Source of the DNA: Patescibacteria group bacterium
GTDB taxonomy: Bacteria; Patescibacteriota; UBA1384; UBA12157; JAENIV01
Assembly: GCA_049515915.1 (NCBI GenBank)
Contig: JBEKTP010000003.1
Location: 735 to 64,734, forward strand
Direction: 5' to 3'
DNA: 64,000 nt
Shown: in pieces, positions 38,377-49,175 of the stretch
How positions within the stretch are numbered: the stretch's first letter is position 1
Layout of the letters: the number at the start of each line of letters is the position of its first letter
The notes under the pieces: model-generated
Seen by the model: the letters and a program-made list of their open reading frames with translations, nothing else
Told to the model about the DNA's origin: nothing
The model's database searches: none
Made by a program: the position numbers and the translations under genes

Positions 38377-38979
38377 ATGGAAAGAATGGAAAAGACGTTT
38401 GTGGCGGTTAAACCTGATGGTATTCAGCGCCATCTTATGGGTGAAATTATCAGTCGATTTGAGAAGCGGGGCCTGAAGCTCGTGGCCGCAAAATTAATCG
38501 CTCCCCAAAAAGCTCAGGTTTTGCAGCAGTATCCGGATGATGAAAATTGGTATGTCTCTTTAGGAACGCGAACTTTAGAGGGTTATAAAGAGCGGGGAGT
38601 CCAGATGAATAAAACTCCACTAGAAATTGGCAAGATGATTCGCAATCAATTGGTTGATTATATTTCGGATCGGCCGTTTTTAGCGATGGTTTGGGTTGGT
38701 CCTCATGCCGTTGAACTGGGGCGGAAGACCGCTGGGCATACTAACCCTCTTAAAGCCGAAATTGGTTCGATCCGCGGCGATTATTCGATGGAATCTTATT
38801 GGCTGGCTGACGATATGAATCGAGCGATTCAAAACTTGATTCATGCCTCGGGCACACCGGAGGAAGCCAAGCGCGAGATTGCGATTTGGTTTAAGGACGA
38901 TGAGGTATTGGATTATGATTTACTGACCGGTGAAGTGACGATGGGTTCAGGGTGGGGACGAGTTAAGAACAATAAATAA
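38377..38979 (+). CDS. ndk: nucleoside diphosphate kinase (with insertion)
   Basis: MEKTFVAVKPDGIQRHLMGEIISRFEKRGLKLVAAK. Active-site N(H)AS region (LIHASG). Longer than the canonical NDK length. Confidence 0.8.
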   Translation: MERMEKTFVAVKPDGIQRHLMGEIISRFEKRGLKLVAAKLIAPQKAQVLQQYPDDENWYVSLGTRTLEGYKERGVQMNKTPLEIGKMIRNQLVDYISDRPFLAMVWVGPHAVELGRKTAGHTNPLKAEIGSIRGDYSMESYWLADDMNRAIQNLIHASGTPEEAKREIAIWFKDDEVLDYDLLTGEVTMGSGWGRVKNNK

Positions 38980-39578
38980 TGTTTTATACCATTGAGGGAA
39001 TTGACGGCGCTGGCTGCGGGACGGTCAGGCGAGCGTTAGAAAAGCGACTGGCGGCGTCGGGCAAAAAATTTCAGAGTCTGAAGTATCCAGTCCCTAATTT
39101 ACCTTTTGGGGAGATTATTTATAAGTTTTTGGACGGTAAGCTTGATATTAAACCCGAGATCCAATTTCTGGCTTTTGTTGGGCAAATGATTTTGGAGAAA
39201 GAACGCTTAAAAAAATTGCGCAAAGATATTTTGATTGTTGATCGGTATTTACCCTGCACCTTAGTTTTTCAAGGAGCGAAAGGCTTTTCGATTCGGAAAG
39301 GTTTAGAATTTGCTCGTCTCTTTGAGGTTGAAAAACCCAATAAGATTTTTCTTCTTTTGGTGCCGTGGCAAATTGGCTACCAAAGAAAAAACGCCGAAAA
39401 ACGGCCAAGTGATCTTCATGAGAAAGATACCTCGCTTTATAAAAAGACGGCCCAAATTTATAATCGGCTGGCTAAAAAAAACATCCTAGGTCAGTGGAAA
39501 ATAATTGATGCGACTCGTTCCGTTGATACAATCGCTGATGAAATTTTTGACATAATTTTGAAGGATTCCAAAAAATGA
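38979..39578 (+). CDS. tmk: thymidylate kinase-like (dTMP kinase family)
   Basis: P-loop FYTIEGIDGAGCGT and DRY-like LIVDRY motif. Confidence 0.65.
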   Translation: MFYTIEGIDGAGCGTVRRALEKRLAASGKKFQSLKYPVPNLPFGEIIYKFLDGKLDIKPEIQFLAFVGQMILEKERLKKLRKDILIVDRYLPCTLVFQGAKGFSIRKGLEFARLFEVEKPNKIFLLLVPWQIGYQRKNAEKRPSDLHEKDTSLYKKTAQIYNRLAKKNILGQWKIIDATRSVDTIADEIFDIILKDSKK

Positions 39579-40687
39579 TGATCCAAAATTATCTCGCTCC
39601 CTTTGTCGTCGCAGCCCTTATTAGTGGCGGCTTAACCGGCTACGTTAAAACTCTGGCGGCGAAGTTAAACTTAGTCGATCACCCAGCGCCGCGCAAAATT
39701 CACTCCAAACCGGTGCCGCGATTAGGCGGTGTAGCCATTGTCTTAGCTTTTTTAATTGTCTTGATAGGCTATGCGCTCGCTTCGCCGAGGCTTTCTTTTT
39801 CGCCTTTTAAATTTTGGGTCGTCGATAAAAGATTAATCGGGGTGCTGGTGGGACTAATTATTCTTTTAATCACCGGCTTAATTGATGATATTAAAGGAGT
39901 CAAGGCGTGGAAAAAACTTTTTTGGCATATTGTGGCCGCCGCTGCGGTGGTCGCAGGTGGTATTTCGATTAGCTATCTTCGGTTGCCGTTCGGCTCTCAT
40001 ATTAACTTGACCCAGATTCAGTTTCCCATCCGTCTTTTCGACCAGACTTATCATTTTGTTTTGTGGGGTGATTTGCTGGCCGTTTTTTGGATTGTCTTAT
40101 TGATAAACACGTTGAATTTTTTGGATGGGCTTGACGGGTTGGCGGCCGGCGTTTCGGTGATTACTGGTCTGGTCATCTTCTTTTTAGCGATTTCTTTAGG
40201 ACAAGACGCCAATGCTTTGCTGGCTATTTTAATTGCTGGAGTCGCTTTTGGCTTTCTTCCCTGGAATTTTAATCCGGCGAAGATTTTTATGGGTGATAGC
40301 GGCAGTATGGCTTTGGGATTTCTTTTGGGAGTCTCTTCGATAATTTCCGGGGGCAAATTGGCAACCGCTTTTTTAGTTTTGGGTATCCCGGTCTTGGATG
40401 TCGGTTGGGTCGTCTTGCGCCGGATCATCGCTGGCCGATCGCCCTTTGAGGCCGACAAAGGTCATTTTCATCACCGGTTACTGACAGCTGGGCTTTCGCA
40501 AAGGCAGGCGGTAATTATGCTCTATTTGATTGCTTCGGCTTTTGGAGTGGTGGCCGTCATCGCCTCGACCCAGGAAAAAATTCAGGCGGTCATTTCGCTG
40601 GTGGTCTTGATGCTTATCTTGGCCGCCATTTTAGTTTATCTGGGATGGCGTAAGAAAAAACGCCCAGCGGGAGAAAACCATGGATAA
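39575..40687 (+). CDS. polyprenyl-phosphate N-acetylhexosamine-1-phosphate transferase (MraY/WecA family)
   Basis: NTLNFLDGLDGLAAG and MGDSGS motifs, 10-11 TM helices. Confidence 0.8.
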   Translation: MMIQNYLAPFVVAALISGGLTGYVKTLAAKLNLVDHPAPRKIHSKPVPRLGGVAIVLAFLIVLIGYALASPRLSFSPFKFWVVDKRLIGVLVGLIILLITGLIDDIKGVKAWKKLFWHIVAAAAVVAGGISISYLRLPFGSHINLTQIQFPIRLFDQTYHFVLWGDLLAVFWIVLLINTLNFLDGLDGLAAGVSVITGLVIFFLAISLGQDANALLAILIAGVAFGFLPWNFNPAKIFMGDSGSMALGFLLGVSSIISGGKLATAFLVLGIPVLDVGWVVLRRIIAGRSPFEADKGHFHHRLLTAGLSQRQAVIMLYLIASAFGVVAVIASTQEKIQAVISLVVLMLILAAILVYLGWRKKKRPAGENHG

Positions 40688-40811
40688 AGGATCGTGTAAG
40701 AGAGCTTTATTTATTATAATAATGGTGATCGTGGCGCTAGGCATGCTGATGCCTTTTATTTCTCAGCTTTGGAAATAGTTGATTAAAAGCGCCGATAGAA
40801 ATCGGAGATTT

Positions 40812-41345
40812 ATGGAAAATTTTACTTTTGATGGGCAGCGGGCGGACGAAAATGTTATTTTATATCGCCATCAACACCCTTGGGTTCTGGCCCGCGCTGG
40901 CTTTTTAGATGTTTTCCTGGCGCTAATCGTCTTAATCTTTTTTTTGGCGCTGGGTTCATCAAGTCTCAGCTTTTGGGTTCTGGGAATTGCCATTGCGGTT
41001 GGATTTTTCTATACTTTTAATAAAATTTTTCTTTTTAAAAACGTCCTTTTTATTATCACCGATCAACGGATTATTAATATTAACCAGTCGAGTATTTTCG
41101 GCCACAAAGTTCAAGAAACTGAACTGATTAACATTTATAACCTTTCCTACAGTGTTAAAGGAATGATTCGAAATCTCTTGGATTTTGGTAATATCGAGCT
41201 GACCACCGAGGGCGATGTCAATGATCGGATTATTCTTAAAAACGTGCCTACCCCTCATGAAGTTTTTGATAAACTTTCTAAGGCGCGTAAAGAAGCTATG
41301 CAAATTTCTGGCCTTGATGCGAGAAATAGGCCAGTAGCAAAATAG
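40812..41345 (+). CDS. membrane protein with bacterial PH (YdbS/YdbT-like) domain
   Basis: Two TM helices followed by ...ITDQRIININ...LTTEG... pattern typical of bPH_2. Start uncertain (TTG at 40779 is also possible). Confidence 0.4.
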   Translation: MENFTFDGQRADENVILYRHQHPWVLARAGFLDVFLALIVLIFFLALGSSSLSFWVLGIAIAVGFFYTFNKIFLFKNVLFIITDQRIININQSSIFGHKVQETELINIYNLSYSVKGMIRNLLDFGNIELTTEGDVNDRIILKNVPTPHEVFDKLSKARKEAMQISGLDARNRPVAK

Positions 41346-41413
41346 ACCAACTATTTTTTACTCATCAACGCGAATAGTTTGTGATTATTTACTGAAAAGC
41401 GAATTCGTGGTTT

Positions 41414-41758
41414 TTAGGCGTTCTTTTCAGCAATGTTACCGATGACCGGTAGTTTGTACTTTTCACCGCCGTACGATTTGACCATCATAACGATACTCAA
41501 GGCGACGAAGGCCAGCCACAGTAACCAAGTAATCCAGAAGAAAAAGGGAATGAAATCGAGCACAAAATAAATTACGAAGTAAGCGACACCCAAGAGAAGG
41601 GATTGCATGGCGTGAAAACGAACGAACTTGTCTTTGGAGATAAGATAGAAAACGATGCCGCCGATAACCGAAAAAAGATAGGCGAGCAAAGCCGCCAACT
41701 TTGGGTCGATTCCCCCTGTTTGAGACGAACCCGAACTCGATGGTTGATTCCCAGTCAT
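41414..41758 (-). CDS. small membrane protein (DUF4870-like)
   Basis: KDKFVRFHAMQSLLLG motif and two TM helices. Confidence 0.45.
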   Translation of the reverse strand: MTGNQPSSSGSSQTGGIDPKLAALLAYLFSVIGGIVFYLISKDKFVRFHAMQSLLLGVAYFVIYFVLDFIPFFFWITWLLWLAFVALSIVMMVKSYGGEKYKLPVIGNIAEKNA

Positions 41759-41833
41759 GTTGCCTCCTTGAAAAACTATTTAATGTTATCTAAGCCAATT
41801 ATGCCGGAATTCAAAACCGAATGCAACTGTTAT

Positions 41834-44800
41834 TTAATGAAGAGTAATTTTACTGCCGGAAATGGCTCGGAGTTTCGCAATCAATTCGGGATTATCAGCG
41901 ACGGTATTTTTCGCTTTGATTTCTTGAACGCCCGTCGATCGCTGGAGCCGCAAGGTGACCGGCAGAGCGCCCGGATAAGCGGCGAGAATGTCTTTGAATT
42001 TTAGTAATACTTCTTTAGTGACTGCTTTCGGTAAATCAATGACTAACCGAGTCGGCTCGGGCGGGTTATCAATCAAATCAGTGGTAATATCAGTTGCCAA
42101 CGGTGATGCCTCATCAACGATCATTTTCAGTATGCCATCTTTATTATTAACGCGGCCGCTTAAGACAATTAAGTTGTCGTTGACCCAAAGGGCAGGGTTT
42201 TGTTTTAAGACTTTTGGGAAGACCAAAATTTCCATTTTGCCGGTGGTATCTTCGATGGTGGCAAAAATCATCGGCTCGTTTGATTTAGTCACGATTTTTT
42301 TAATCGCCGAAATTAGGCCGGCAATTTTTACTTTATGATCAACGTCTTTAGTGGAAATTTCGGCCACTGGCGTACCTTCGCGCTCTAAAATACCTTCGAT
42401 GCCGGAAAGTGGATGTTCGGAAACATACATGCCCAAAAGCTCTTTTTCTTGAGAAAGCCTTTCCTTCCGAGAAAGTTCGTTGACCGGTGGTAAATTGAGT
42501 TTGCCCACGGCTGGTTTTTCAGTAAGGGTGCCGAAAAGATCGGGCTGATTTTCGGCGGCGGTTTTTGAAACATCGCCAAGATATTTAATGACAATTTCTA
42601 AACCGCTGATGATAGCGGCTCGATCAACGAGGGAGTCGAGTGTGCCGGCCTTGGCAAGCGCCTCAATGACTTTTTTATTGAGAATTCGATTGCCCAATCG
42701 TTGCAGAAAATCCTCGAAGTTAGCAAATTTTCTTTTTTTTCTTTCTTCAGTAATCGCTTCGGCTACGCCTTCTCCGACATTTTTGATGGCCGCTAAACCG
42801 AAGCGGATTTCACCGGTTTCTTTCATTACGCCGAATTCGACGAAAGATTCATTGACGTCTGGCGGCAAGATCTTCAAATTCATTCTTTTACATTCGGCAA
42901 TTGCGAAGGCGACTTTATCGATATTTTGTTGCTCGGCGGTCAGCCAAGCCGCCATAAAAGCCGATGGGTAGTGAGCTTTAAGATAGGCGGTTTGATAGGC
43001 AATCATGGCGTAGCAGGCCGCGTGAGCGCGGTTAAAGCCATAACTGGCAAATGGTTCAATAAAATTCCAAACCGCTTGAGCGGTTTTAGGGCTGGCGCCG
43101 GTTTTGACGGCACCTTTGAGAAATTTTTCCTTTTGTTCGTCGAGTAATTCTTTGATTTTTTTGCCGACGGCTTTTCTTAAAATATCGGCTTCACCATAAG
43201 TAAAACCGGCAAAATACCGCGCGATTTGCAAGACCTGGTCTTGGGTGACAATAACACCGTAGGTATTTTTTAAAATCGGTTCAAGTTTTGGATCGAGATA
43301 GGTAATTTTTTTGCGGCCATGCTTGGAAGCGATAAAGTCGGCGACCGATTCCATCGGACCGGGCCGGTACAAAGCGACCATCGAGAGAATATCTTCGAAA
43401 GTCGTTGGCTTGAGTTCTTTGAGATATCTTTTCATGCCGTCGGATTCCAATTGGAAAACGCCGGAGGTCTCGCCGCGCGAGAGGAGGACAAAAGTTTTTT
43501 TGTCGTCGAGCGGCAGCTCTTCGAGCTTGATTTCAATCTCGTTGACTTTACGGATGATTCTTAGAGCATTTTTGATAATAGTGAGATTTGATAATCCCAA
43601 AATATCAACCTTTAAAAGTCCGATGTCTTCGAGATAATTCATCGAATATTGGGTGACTAAACTTTCTTCGCCGCGCGGTGGATGCTGGAGCGGGACGTAA
43701 TCGGTCAAAGGTTTTTGGGAGATGACCACACCGGCGGCGTGGGTGCCGGCGTTCCGGGCAACGTTTTCCAATCGTTTAGCCATATCGATAAGGTTTTTGA
43801 ATTTCGGTTCATTGTTATAAATATCTTTTAATTCGTTAATATTACTTAAGCTTTCGTCGAGCGTCATCCCCAGAGGGATAAGTTTAGCGATTCGATCACC
43901 GTCGTCGTAGCTCATGCCCATGGCTCGAGCGACGTCGCGGATGGCCATCCTTGCTTTCATCACCCCAAAAGTAATAATTTGGGCAACGTGGTCGGCGCCG
44001 TATTTTTCAGAAATATATTGAATCACTTCTTCGCGGCGGTCGTCAGCAAAATCTAAATCAATGTCGGGTGGCGAAATACGGTCGGGATTTAAAAATCGTT
44101 CAAACAAGAGATCATATTTAATGGGATCGAGATCGGTGACGCCTAAAACATAAGCGACAATTGAGCCACCGGCCGATCCGCGGCCGGGCCCAACCAAAAT
44201 GCCGTTCTCCTTAGCAAAGTGGACATAATCAGCAACGATTAGAAAGTAATCTTCAAAATGGCACTTTTCAATCACCGAAAGTTCGTAATCTAGCCGCTCT
44301 TGAATTTTAGTGATCACCTTGCCATAACGTGCTTGGGCACCCTCGCGGCAGAGCTTTTCAAGATAACTTTTGGCCGTTTGAGATTTTGGGACATCAAACT
44401 TAGGCATAATCGTTTGGCCAAGCTCGATTTTTAAATTACAGGCGGCCGCAATTTTAACCGTATTTTCTAAGGCTTCCGGCGTCTGACCAAAATTTCTCAG
44501 CACGTCTTCCGGCGAGGTCAGCGAAAGGTCGAATTCTCGAAGCGACATTCGGGTGTCATCATCATAATCTTTGCCGGTTTGGACGGCTAACAATATTTCG
44601 TGGGCGTCTTTATCTTCGAAGTTGACATAATGAACATCATTAGAAGCAACCAAACCCGCTCCGACCTCTTTGGATAATTCGATTAATTTTTGGTTAACTT
44701 TTTTTTGATCTTCGAGCTCGGGATGATATTGCATTTCGAAGTAGAAATTTTCTGGGCCAAAGATATCTTGGTATTCTTTAACGGTCTCGCGCAGTTTCTC

Positions 44801-45256
44801 TTTTTGGTTGCTCAATATTAGTCTTGGAATCTCGCCGGCCAAGCAAGCCGTCAAAGCGATTAAACCCTCGGCATGATTTTTCAGATATTCTTTATCGACG
44901 CGGGGTTTGTAATAATAACCTTCTAAATGGGCGGCCGAAACCAGTTTGAGCAGGTTTTTATAGCCGACTTCATTTTTGGCTAAAAGAATGAGGTGATAGG
45001 GGGCGGTGTCAACTTTCGGTTCTCTATCTTGCATAGTTCGGGTGGCGATATAGGCTTCGACGCCAATAATTGGTTTAATACCTTGTTTTTGACATTCTTT
45101 ATAAAATTCGATGGCGCCGTACATGACGCCGTGATCGGTCAGCGCTAGCGAATCCATGCCTAATCTCTTGGCCCGTGAAACCAGCTCCGGAATTTTCCCG
45201 AGCCCGTCGAGCAAAGAGTAATGGGAATGAGTGTGAAGATGAACAAATTTAGACAT
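41834..45256 (-). CDS. dnaE: DNA polymerase III alpha subunit
   Basis: 1140 aa. PHP domain FVHLHTHSHYSLLDG. Polymerase core and OB-fold. Confidence 0.95.
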   Translation of the reverse strand: MSKFVHLHTHSHYSLLDGLGKIPELVSRAKRLGMDSLALTDHGVMYGAIEFYKECQKQGIKPIIGVEAYIATRTMQDREPKVDTAPYHLILLAKNEVGYKNLLKLVSAAHLEGYYYKPRVDKEYLKNHAEGLIALTACLAGEIPRLILSNQKEKLRETVKEYQDIFGPENFYFEMQYHPELEDQKKVNQKLIELSKEVGAGLVASNDVHYVNFEDKDAHEILLAVQTGKDYDDDTRMSLREFDLSLTSPEDVLRNFGQTPEALENTVKIAAACNLKIELGQTIMPKFDVPKSQTAKSYLEKLCREGAQARYGKVITKIQERLDYELSVIEKCHFEDYFLIVADYVHFAKENGILVGPGRGSAGGSIVAYVLGVTDLDPIKYDLLFERFLNPDRISPPDIDLDFADDRREEVIQYISEKYGADHVAQIITFGVMKARMAIRDVARAMGMSYDDGDRIAKLIPLGMTLDESLSNINELKDIYNNEPKFKNLIDMAKRLENVARNAGTHAAGVVISQKPLTDYVPLQHPPRGEESLVTQYSMNYLEDIGLLKVDILGLSNLTIIKNALRIIRKVNEIEIKLEELPLDDKKTFVLLSRGETSGVFQLESDGMKRYLKELKPTTFEDILSMVALYRPGPMESVADFIASKHGRKKITYLDPKLEPILKNTYGVIVTQDQVLQIARYFAGFTYGEADILRKAVGKKIKELLDEQKEKFLKGAVKTGASPKTAQAVWNFIEPFASYGFNRAHAACYAMIAYQTAYLKAHYPSAFMAAWLTAEQQNIDKVAFAIAECKRMNLKILPPDVNESFVEFGVMKETGEIRFGLAAIKNVGEGVAEAITEERKKRKFANFEDFLQRLGNRILNKKVIEALAKAGTLDSLVDRAAIISGLEIVIKYLGDVSKTAAENQPDLFGTLTEKPAVGKLNLPPVNELSRKERLSQEKELLGMYVSEHPLSGIEGILEREGTPVAEISTKDVDHKVKIAGLISAIKKIVTKSNEPMIFATIEDTTGKMEILVFPKVLKQNPALWVNDNLIVLSGRVNNKDGILKMIVDEASPLATDITTDLIDNPPEPTRLVIDLPKAVTKEVLLKFKDILAAYPGALPVTLRLQRSTGVQEIKAKNTVADNPELIAKLRAISGSKITLH

Positions 45257-45435
45257 ATTAACTCAAAAATATGATATCATATTTTTGAGAAATCCCAATT
45301 ATTTAAATCCAAATGTTTGAAGTCAAAGTTCTCAATGGTTGACTTTTTTTCTTCATTTTGCTATTTTAATAGTATCGATTCTTTAATTTTCGGATTTCGG
45401 GTTGAAAAATTTGAATTTATATACGGAGTATAGCG

Positions 45436-45708
45436 GTGGCACATACAAAAGCAAAAGGAACATCTAAATTAGGCCGCGACAGTCGTAGTAAGCGCTTAGG
45501 CGTTAAAATTTTCAGTGGTCAAAAAGTTCTTTCGGGACAAATTATTGTGCGCCAGCGCGGTTCGAAATATTATATTGGTACGGGTGTGGCTCGGGCCGAT
45601 GACGATACAATCTACGCTAAAAAAGATGGTTCGGTTTCATTTTCGAATAAAAAAGTTCGCCGCTTTAGCGGGCGATTAGATAAAAAAGTGATAGTCAATG
45701 TAGCTTAA
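45436..45708 (+). CDS. rpmA: 50S ribosomal protein L27
   Basis: GTG start with GGAG RBS. AHTKAKGTSKLGRDSRSKRLGVK...IIVRQRG L27 signature. Confidence 0.9.
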   Translation: MAHTKAKGTSKLGRDSRSKRLGVKIFSGQKVLSGQIIVRQRGSKYYIGTGVARADDDTIYAKKDGSVSFSNKKVRRFSGRLDKKVIVNVA

Positions 45709-45856
45709 CGCTTGGAGATCGTTTGACTTGCGATGATCTCGAAGCGTTAAGCCTGCTTTAGGTAGGTTTGACGCGAACCGGCCCTGTCGGTTTTAGGTCA
45801 CAGTAAGGAGGTGGTGAGTAGCGATTCTTGAGTGACGTTGTTTTGTTGGGGGCGAG

Positions 45857-46216
45857 GTGAACTTTGATCTCACTCCGTCCATGCAAACTTCCTGGGATCA
45901 GGGAGTCATCTTAGCTCGGAGTACTACTGTAATGGGTAAAGGGGACGAAAGGCCCAAGCCTTCTCAGCGAGGGCATATGTCGGGCCTTAGCAGACAAGCG
46001 CGTCAAGATGAAGCCATTATGGCAGCTGTTCTTGCTAGCGGTGGTTCAGGCTTCAGGTCTGATCACCTGGTGCAAGCCAGACTGGCCATGGTGGCTCTGC
46101 ACCCGCGGATGTTCAAGTCACCGGCCGACGTAGTTGAGCGCATTAACTCACTAGCCTGCCGGTCAAGTATCCGGCGTGAATACCGTGATCTTGTACATCG
46201 ACTCAAGCCCCAGTAG
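45857..46216 (+). CDS. hypothetical 119-aa protein (GC-rich cassette)
   Basis: GTG start after GGGGGCGAG. No recognisable domain. Confidence 0.4.
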   Translation: MNFDLTPSMQTSWDQGVILARSTTVMGKGDERPKPSQRGHMSGLSRQARQDEAIMAAVLASGGSGFRSDHLVQARLAMVALHPRMFKSPADVVERINSLACRSSIRREYRDLVHRLKPQ

Positions 46217-46288
46217 GAGGGGGGCAGCAATCAGAACGGGGCGACGCACTGCGCGTCGCCCCGAAACTATCTTAGGGAGGTAAAGGAT

Positions 46289-46870
46289 TTGGTTGCTCTG
46301 CGCGAAGAAGTTTGGCATAACCTCGGCGGTATGTCGCGACCGCGCCGAGTTGCCCCGAGCCATCTTCCCAAGTGGAGTCGGGGCCTGCCCTGGAAAGTTT
46401 CGGGTGACATTGAAGTTGTGATGCCGCTGGTCGAACAACTCTCGGGTAAGCACCCGGACTTGGTAGATCAACTGATCGTTCAGTGGGAGAAAGAAAAGCT
46501 TTCCTCGCTTCATTGCAGTTCCGGTAACTTCTACGAATCACTTCTTCGGGGGACGAAGATTTCTCTCGGGCATATCTGGGCAGAGATCTACGTCCTATGG
46601 CTTCGGATTGCCATGCTTGAACTCGGTCTTCACGACATTGAGTGCGCTGAGCGCTTCCGGACCATCTACCACGACGTGGGAAGAGTTGAGATCCGTGTGA
46701 CGTTGTATTTCTCTGAACCGTTGCCGAAACAGTTTGCCGGGCTCGAGACACTCATCTCGAGCTATCTCAACCGGCTGATTTCGGGACAGCAATTTGATCT
46801 GAAGGCAAGAATGGCAGCTTACGTGGCTTTCCGCCGCGCGATACTGCCAGAAGAAAAGGAGACAGTTTAA
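46289..46870 (+). CDS. hypothetical 193-aa protein (GC-rich cassette)
   Basis: TTG start after GGGAGGTAAAGGA. Followed by GGCAGGCGGCG...GCTGCCTGCC hairpin plus T-rich tail (46872-46915). Confidence 0.45.
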   Translation: MVALREEVWHNLGGMSRPRRVAPSHLPKWSRGLPWKVSGDIEVVMPLVEQLSGKHPDLVDQLIVQWEKEKLSSLHCSSGNFYESLLRGTKISLGHIWAEIYVLWLRIAMLELGLHDIECAERFRTIYHDVGRVEIRVTLYFSEPLPKQFAGLETLISSYLNRLISGQQFDLKARMAAYVAFRRAILPEEKETV

Positions 46871-46871
46871 A

Positions 46872-46915
46872 GTGGCAGGCGGCGTGAAATTATTGCTGCC
46901 TGCCATTTTCACTTT
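46872..46915 (+). terminator. intrinsic terminator
   Basis: GGCAGGCGGCGTGAAATTATTGCTGCCTGCC hairpin followed by ATTTTCACTTTTC. Confidence 0.45.
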
Positions 46916-47003
46916 TCAAAACTTGTATTTTAAACCTTAATATGATAAATTTATAAAGAACTTTTTCTTTCTTTTTGTATATAAATGCTTTGCGTATTAA
47001 TAC

Positions 47004-47585
47004 ATGTCTAAAGATGTATTTAATATTAAACTTATGTTGCTACAAGATATAACTAAACAATTTGGTAAAAAGAATATCCCTCAAATCAATCCAGGCGATA
47101 CGCTGCGAGTTTATTTTAAAATCACCGAAGGCAATAAAACTCGAATCCAAATTTTTGAAGGTGTTTGCATTGCCCGTAAACACGGCAATACTTTAGATGG
47201 CAGTTTTACGGTTAGAAAAATTTCTGATGGGGTAGGAGTGGAACGCACTTTTCCGATTCATTCGCCCCTGGTTACCAAAATCGAAAAGGTTAAATCACGC
47301 CATGTCAGCCGTGCCAAACTTTATTTTATTCGCGATTTAGTTGGTAAAAAAGCCAAGAAAACACGTGAAACGAAAGACTTTAAAATGTGGGAGGAAGCAA
47401 CCTCCGAAGAGGAGTTAACGCGTATTGAAGAAGAAAAGAAAATTGAAGCGGAAAAGAAAGCCACTGTGAAGGCTCAAAAAGAAAAAGAGCTTGAAAATAA
47501 ATATGAGCAAGCGGCTGCCGCTCATAATGAAGCTGAAAAATCCGCCGTTTCCAATCCCAAATCCGAAACAAATCAAAAATCTTAA
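47004..47585 (+). CDS. rplS: 50S ribosomal protein L19 with Lys/Glu-rich C-terminal extension
   Basis: PQINPGDTLRVYFKITEGNKTRIQIFEGVCIARKHGN...FTVRKIS.GVGVERTFPIHSP. Confidence 0.85.
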   Translation: MSKDVFNIKLMLLQDITKQFGKKNIPQINPGDTLRVYFKITEGNKTRIQIFEGVCIARKHGNTLDGSFTVRKISDGVGVERTFPIHSPLVTKIEKVKSRHVSRAKLYFIRDLVGKKAKKTRETKDFKMWEEATSEEELTRIEEEKKIEAEKKATVKAQKEKELENKYEQAAAAHNEAEKSAVSNPKSETNQKS

Positions 47586-47643
47586 AATTCAAATTTTAGT
47601 CATATTTTCGTAGTTTGCATCTAAGCGACCAAAGAAAGCATTT

Positions 47644-49089
47644 ATGAACGAAGAAATAAGAGTAAGAATTGCGCCTAGCCCGACGGGGCCGCTGCATATC
47701 GGCACTGCTCACACTGCTTTGTTTAATTGGCTTTTCGCCCGCGGCAAACAGGGCAAGTTTATTTTAAGAATTGAAGACACTGACCTTGAACGTTCGAAAG
47801 AGGAATTCATTACCGATATCACTGACGGTTTTTCTTGGCTCGGTCTCGATTGGGATGAAGGTCCGGAGCGCGATGCGCCTTATGGTCCGTACCGACAAAG
47901 CAAACGGCTTGAGATTTACCGTCAATATGCCAAACAATTACTTAATGAAAAAAAAGCCTATTATTGTTATTGCACGCCTGAAGAACTTGAAAAAGAGCGC
48001 CAAGACCAATCGGCGAAAAAGCAAGCGCCAAAATATTCCGGCCGCTGCCGAAATTTAACGGTCGAACAAATTGCCAGATTTAAAACCGAAGGCCGTAAAC
48101 CTTCGATTCGTTTTATTATTAAAGGAAAAAAAATTAAATTTGACGATATGGTCAAAGGTGAAGTGGAATTTGATACCGCTTTATTTGGTGATTTTGTAAT
48201 TATGAAATCAAACAATATCGCGACTTTTATGTTTGCCGGGGCAATTGATGATTTCCTGATGAAAATTTCGCATGTGATCCGGGGCGAAGACCATCTTTCG
48301 AACACGCCTCGACAAATTCTTTTGGCCGAAGCCTTGAATTTTTCAGTGCCCGGGTACGGCCATTTGCCGCTGATTTTAAATCCGGATCGAACCAAACTGT
48401 CAAAAAGGAAAAATCCCACTTCGATTAATAAAGATTTTCGTGATCAAGGCTATCTGCCGGAGGCGATGATTAATTTTATTGTCTTGATGGGCTGGTCGCC
48501 AAAAACTAATAAGGAAATTTGGACGCTTAAGGATTTAATTACTGAATTTAACTTTGATGATGTCGGTAAAAGTCCCTCAATTTTTGATCAAAAAAAACTT
48601 GATTATTTAAATGGTTATTACATTCGCAAACTTCTTATTGGTGAACTAGCCAAGATAGCTCAACCCTTTTTGAGAAAATCGGGGCACGACAAAGCCAAAG
48701 ACAAGTTACTTGTTGCTTTGGCTTTAATCCAAGAGCGATTAAAAAAATTATCAGAAGTGCCGGAACTCATAAGGTTTTTCTTTGAAAGTCCCAAGGGTTA
48801 TGAACATTTTCTGGTAGCTAAAGGGTCGGATAAGGAAAAAACCAAGCTGGCTTTGAAAGAATCTTATCAGTATCTCTCAGCGGAAAAAGATTTTGGCCGC
48901 GATTCACTGGAAAAACTTTTAAGAGCCATTGCCCAAAAGAATAATCTTAAAAGCGGGGAAGTTTTATGGCCGATTCGGGTGGCTTTGACCGGCAAGGAAG
49001 CTTCGCCAGGCACATTTGAAGTGCTGGAAGCGTTAGGTAAAGAAGAATCACTGACGCGTATCAAATTGGCTTTGGATATGTTAAAATAA
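47644..49089 (+). CDS. gltX: glutamate--tRNA ligase
   Basis: RIAPSPTGPLHIGTAHTALFNWLFAR (HIGH) and KLSKRK (KMSKS). Confidence 0.93.
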   Translation: MNEEIRVRIAPSPTGPLHIGTAHTALFNWLFARGKQGKFILRIEDTDLERSKEEFITDITDGFSWLGLDWDEGPERDAPYGPYRQSKRLEIYRQYAKQLLNEKKAYYCYCTPEELEKERQDQSAKKQAPKYSGRCRNLTVEQIARFKTEGRKPSIRFIIKGKKIKFDDMVKGEVEFDTALFGDFVIMKSNNIATFMFAGAIDDFLMKISHVIRGEDHLSNTPRQILLAEALNFSVPGYGHLPLILNPDRTKLSKRKNPTSINKDFRDQGYLPEAMINFIVLMGWSPKTNKEIWTLKDLITEFNFDDVGKSPSIFDQKKLDYLNGYYIRKLLIGELAKIAQPFLRKSGHDKAKDKLLVALALIQERLKKLSEVPELIRFFFESPKGYEHFLVAKGSDKEKTKLALKESYQYLSAEKDFGRDSLEKLLRAIAQKNNLKSGEVLWPIRVALTGKEASPGTFEVLEALGKEESLTRIKLALDMLK

Positions 49090-49175
49090 AATTGTCTAAG
49101 AAGTACGGAAAGAATACAAAAATACAATTTTTTTTGGTATTTTAGTGTCATTTTCGTAATTTAGTAGAAAAAAAC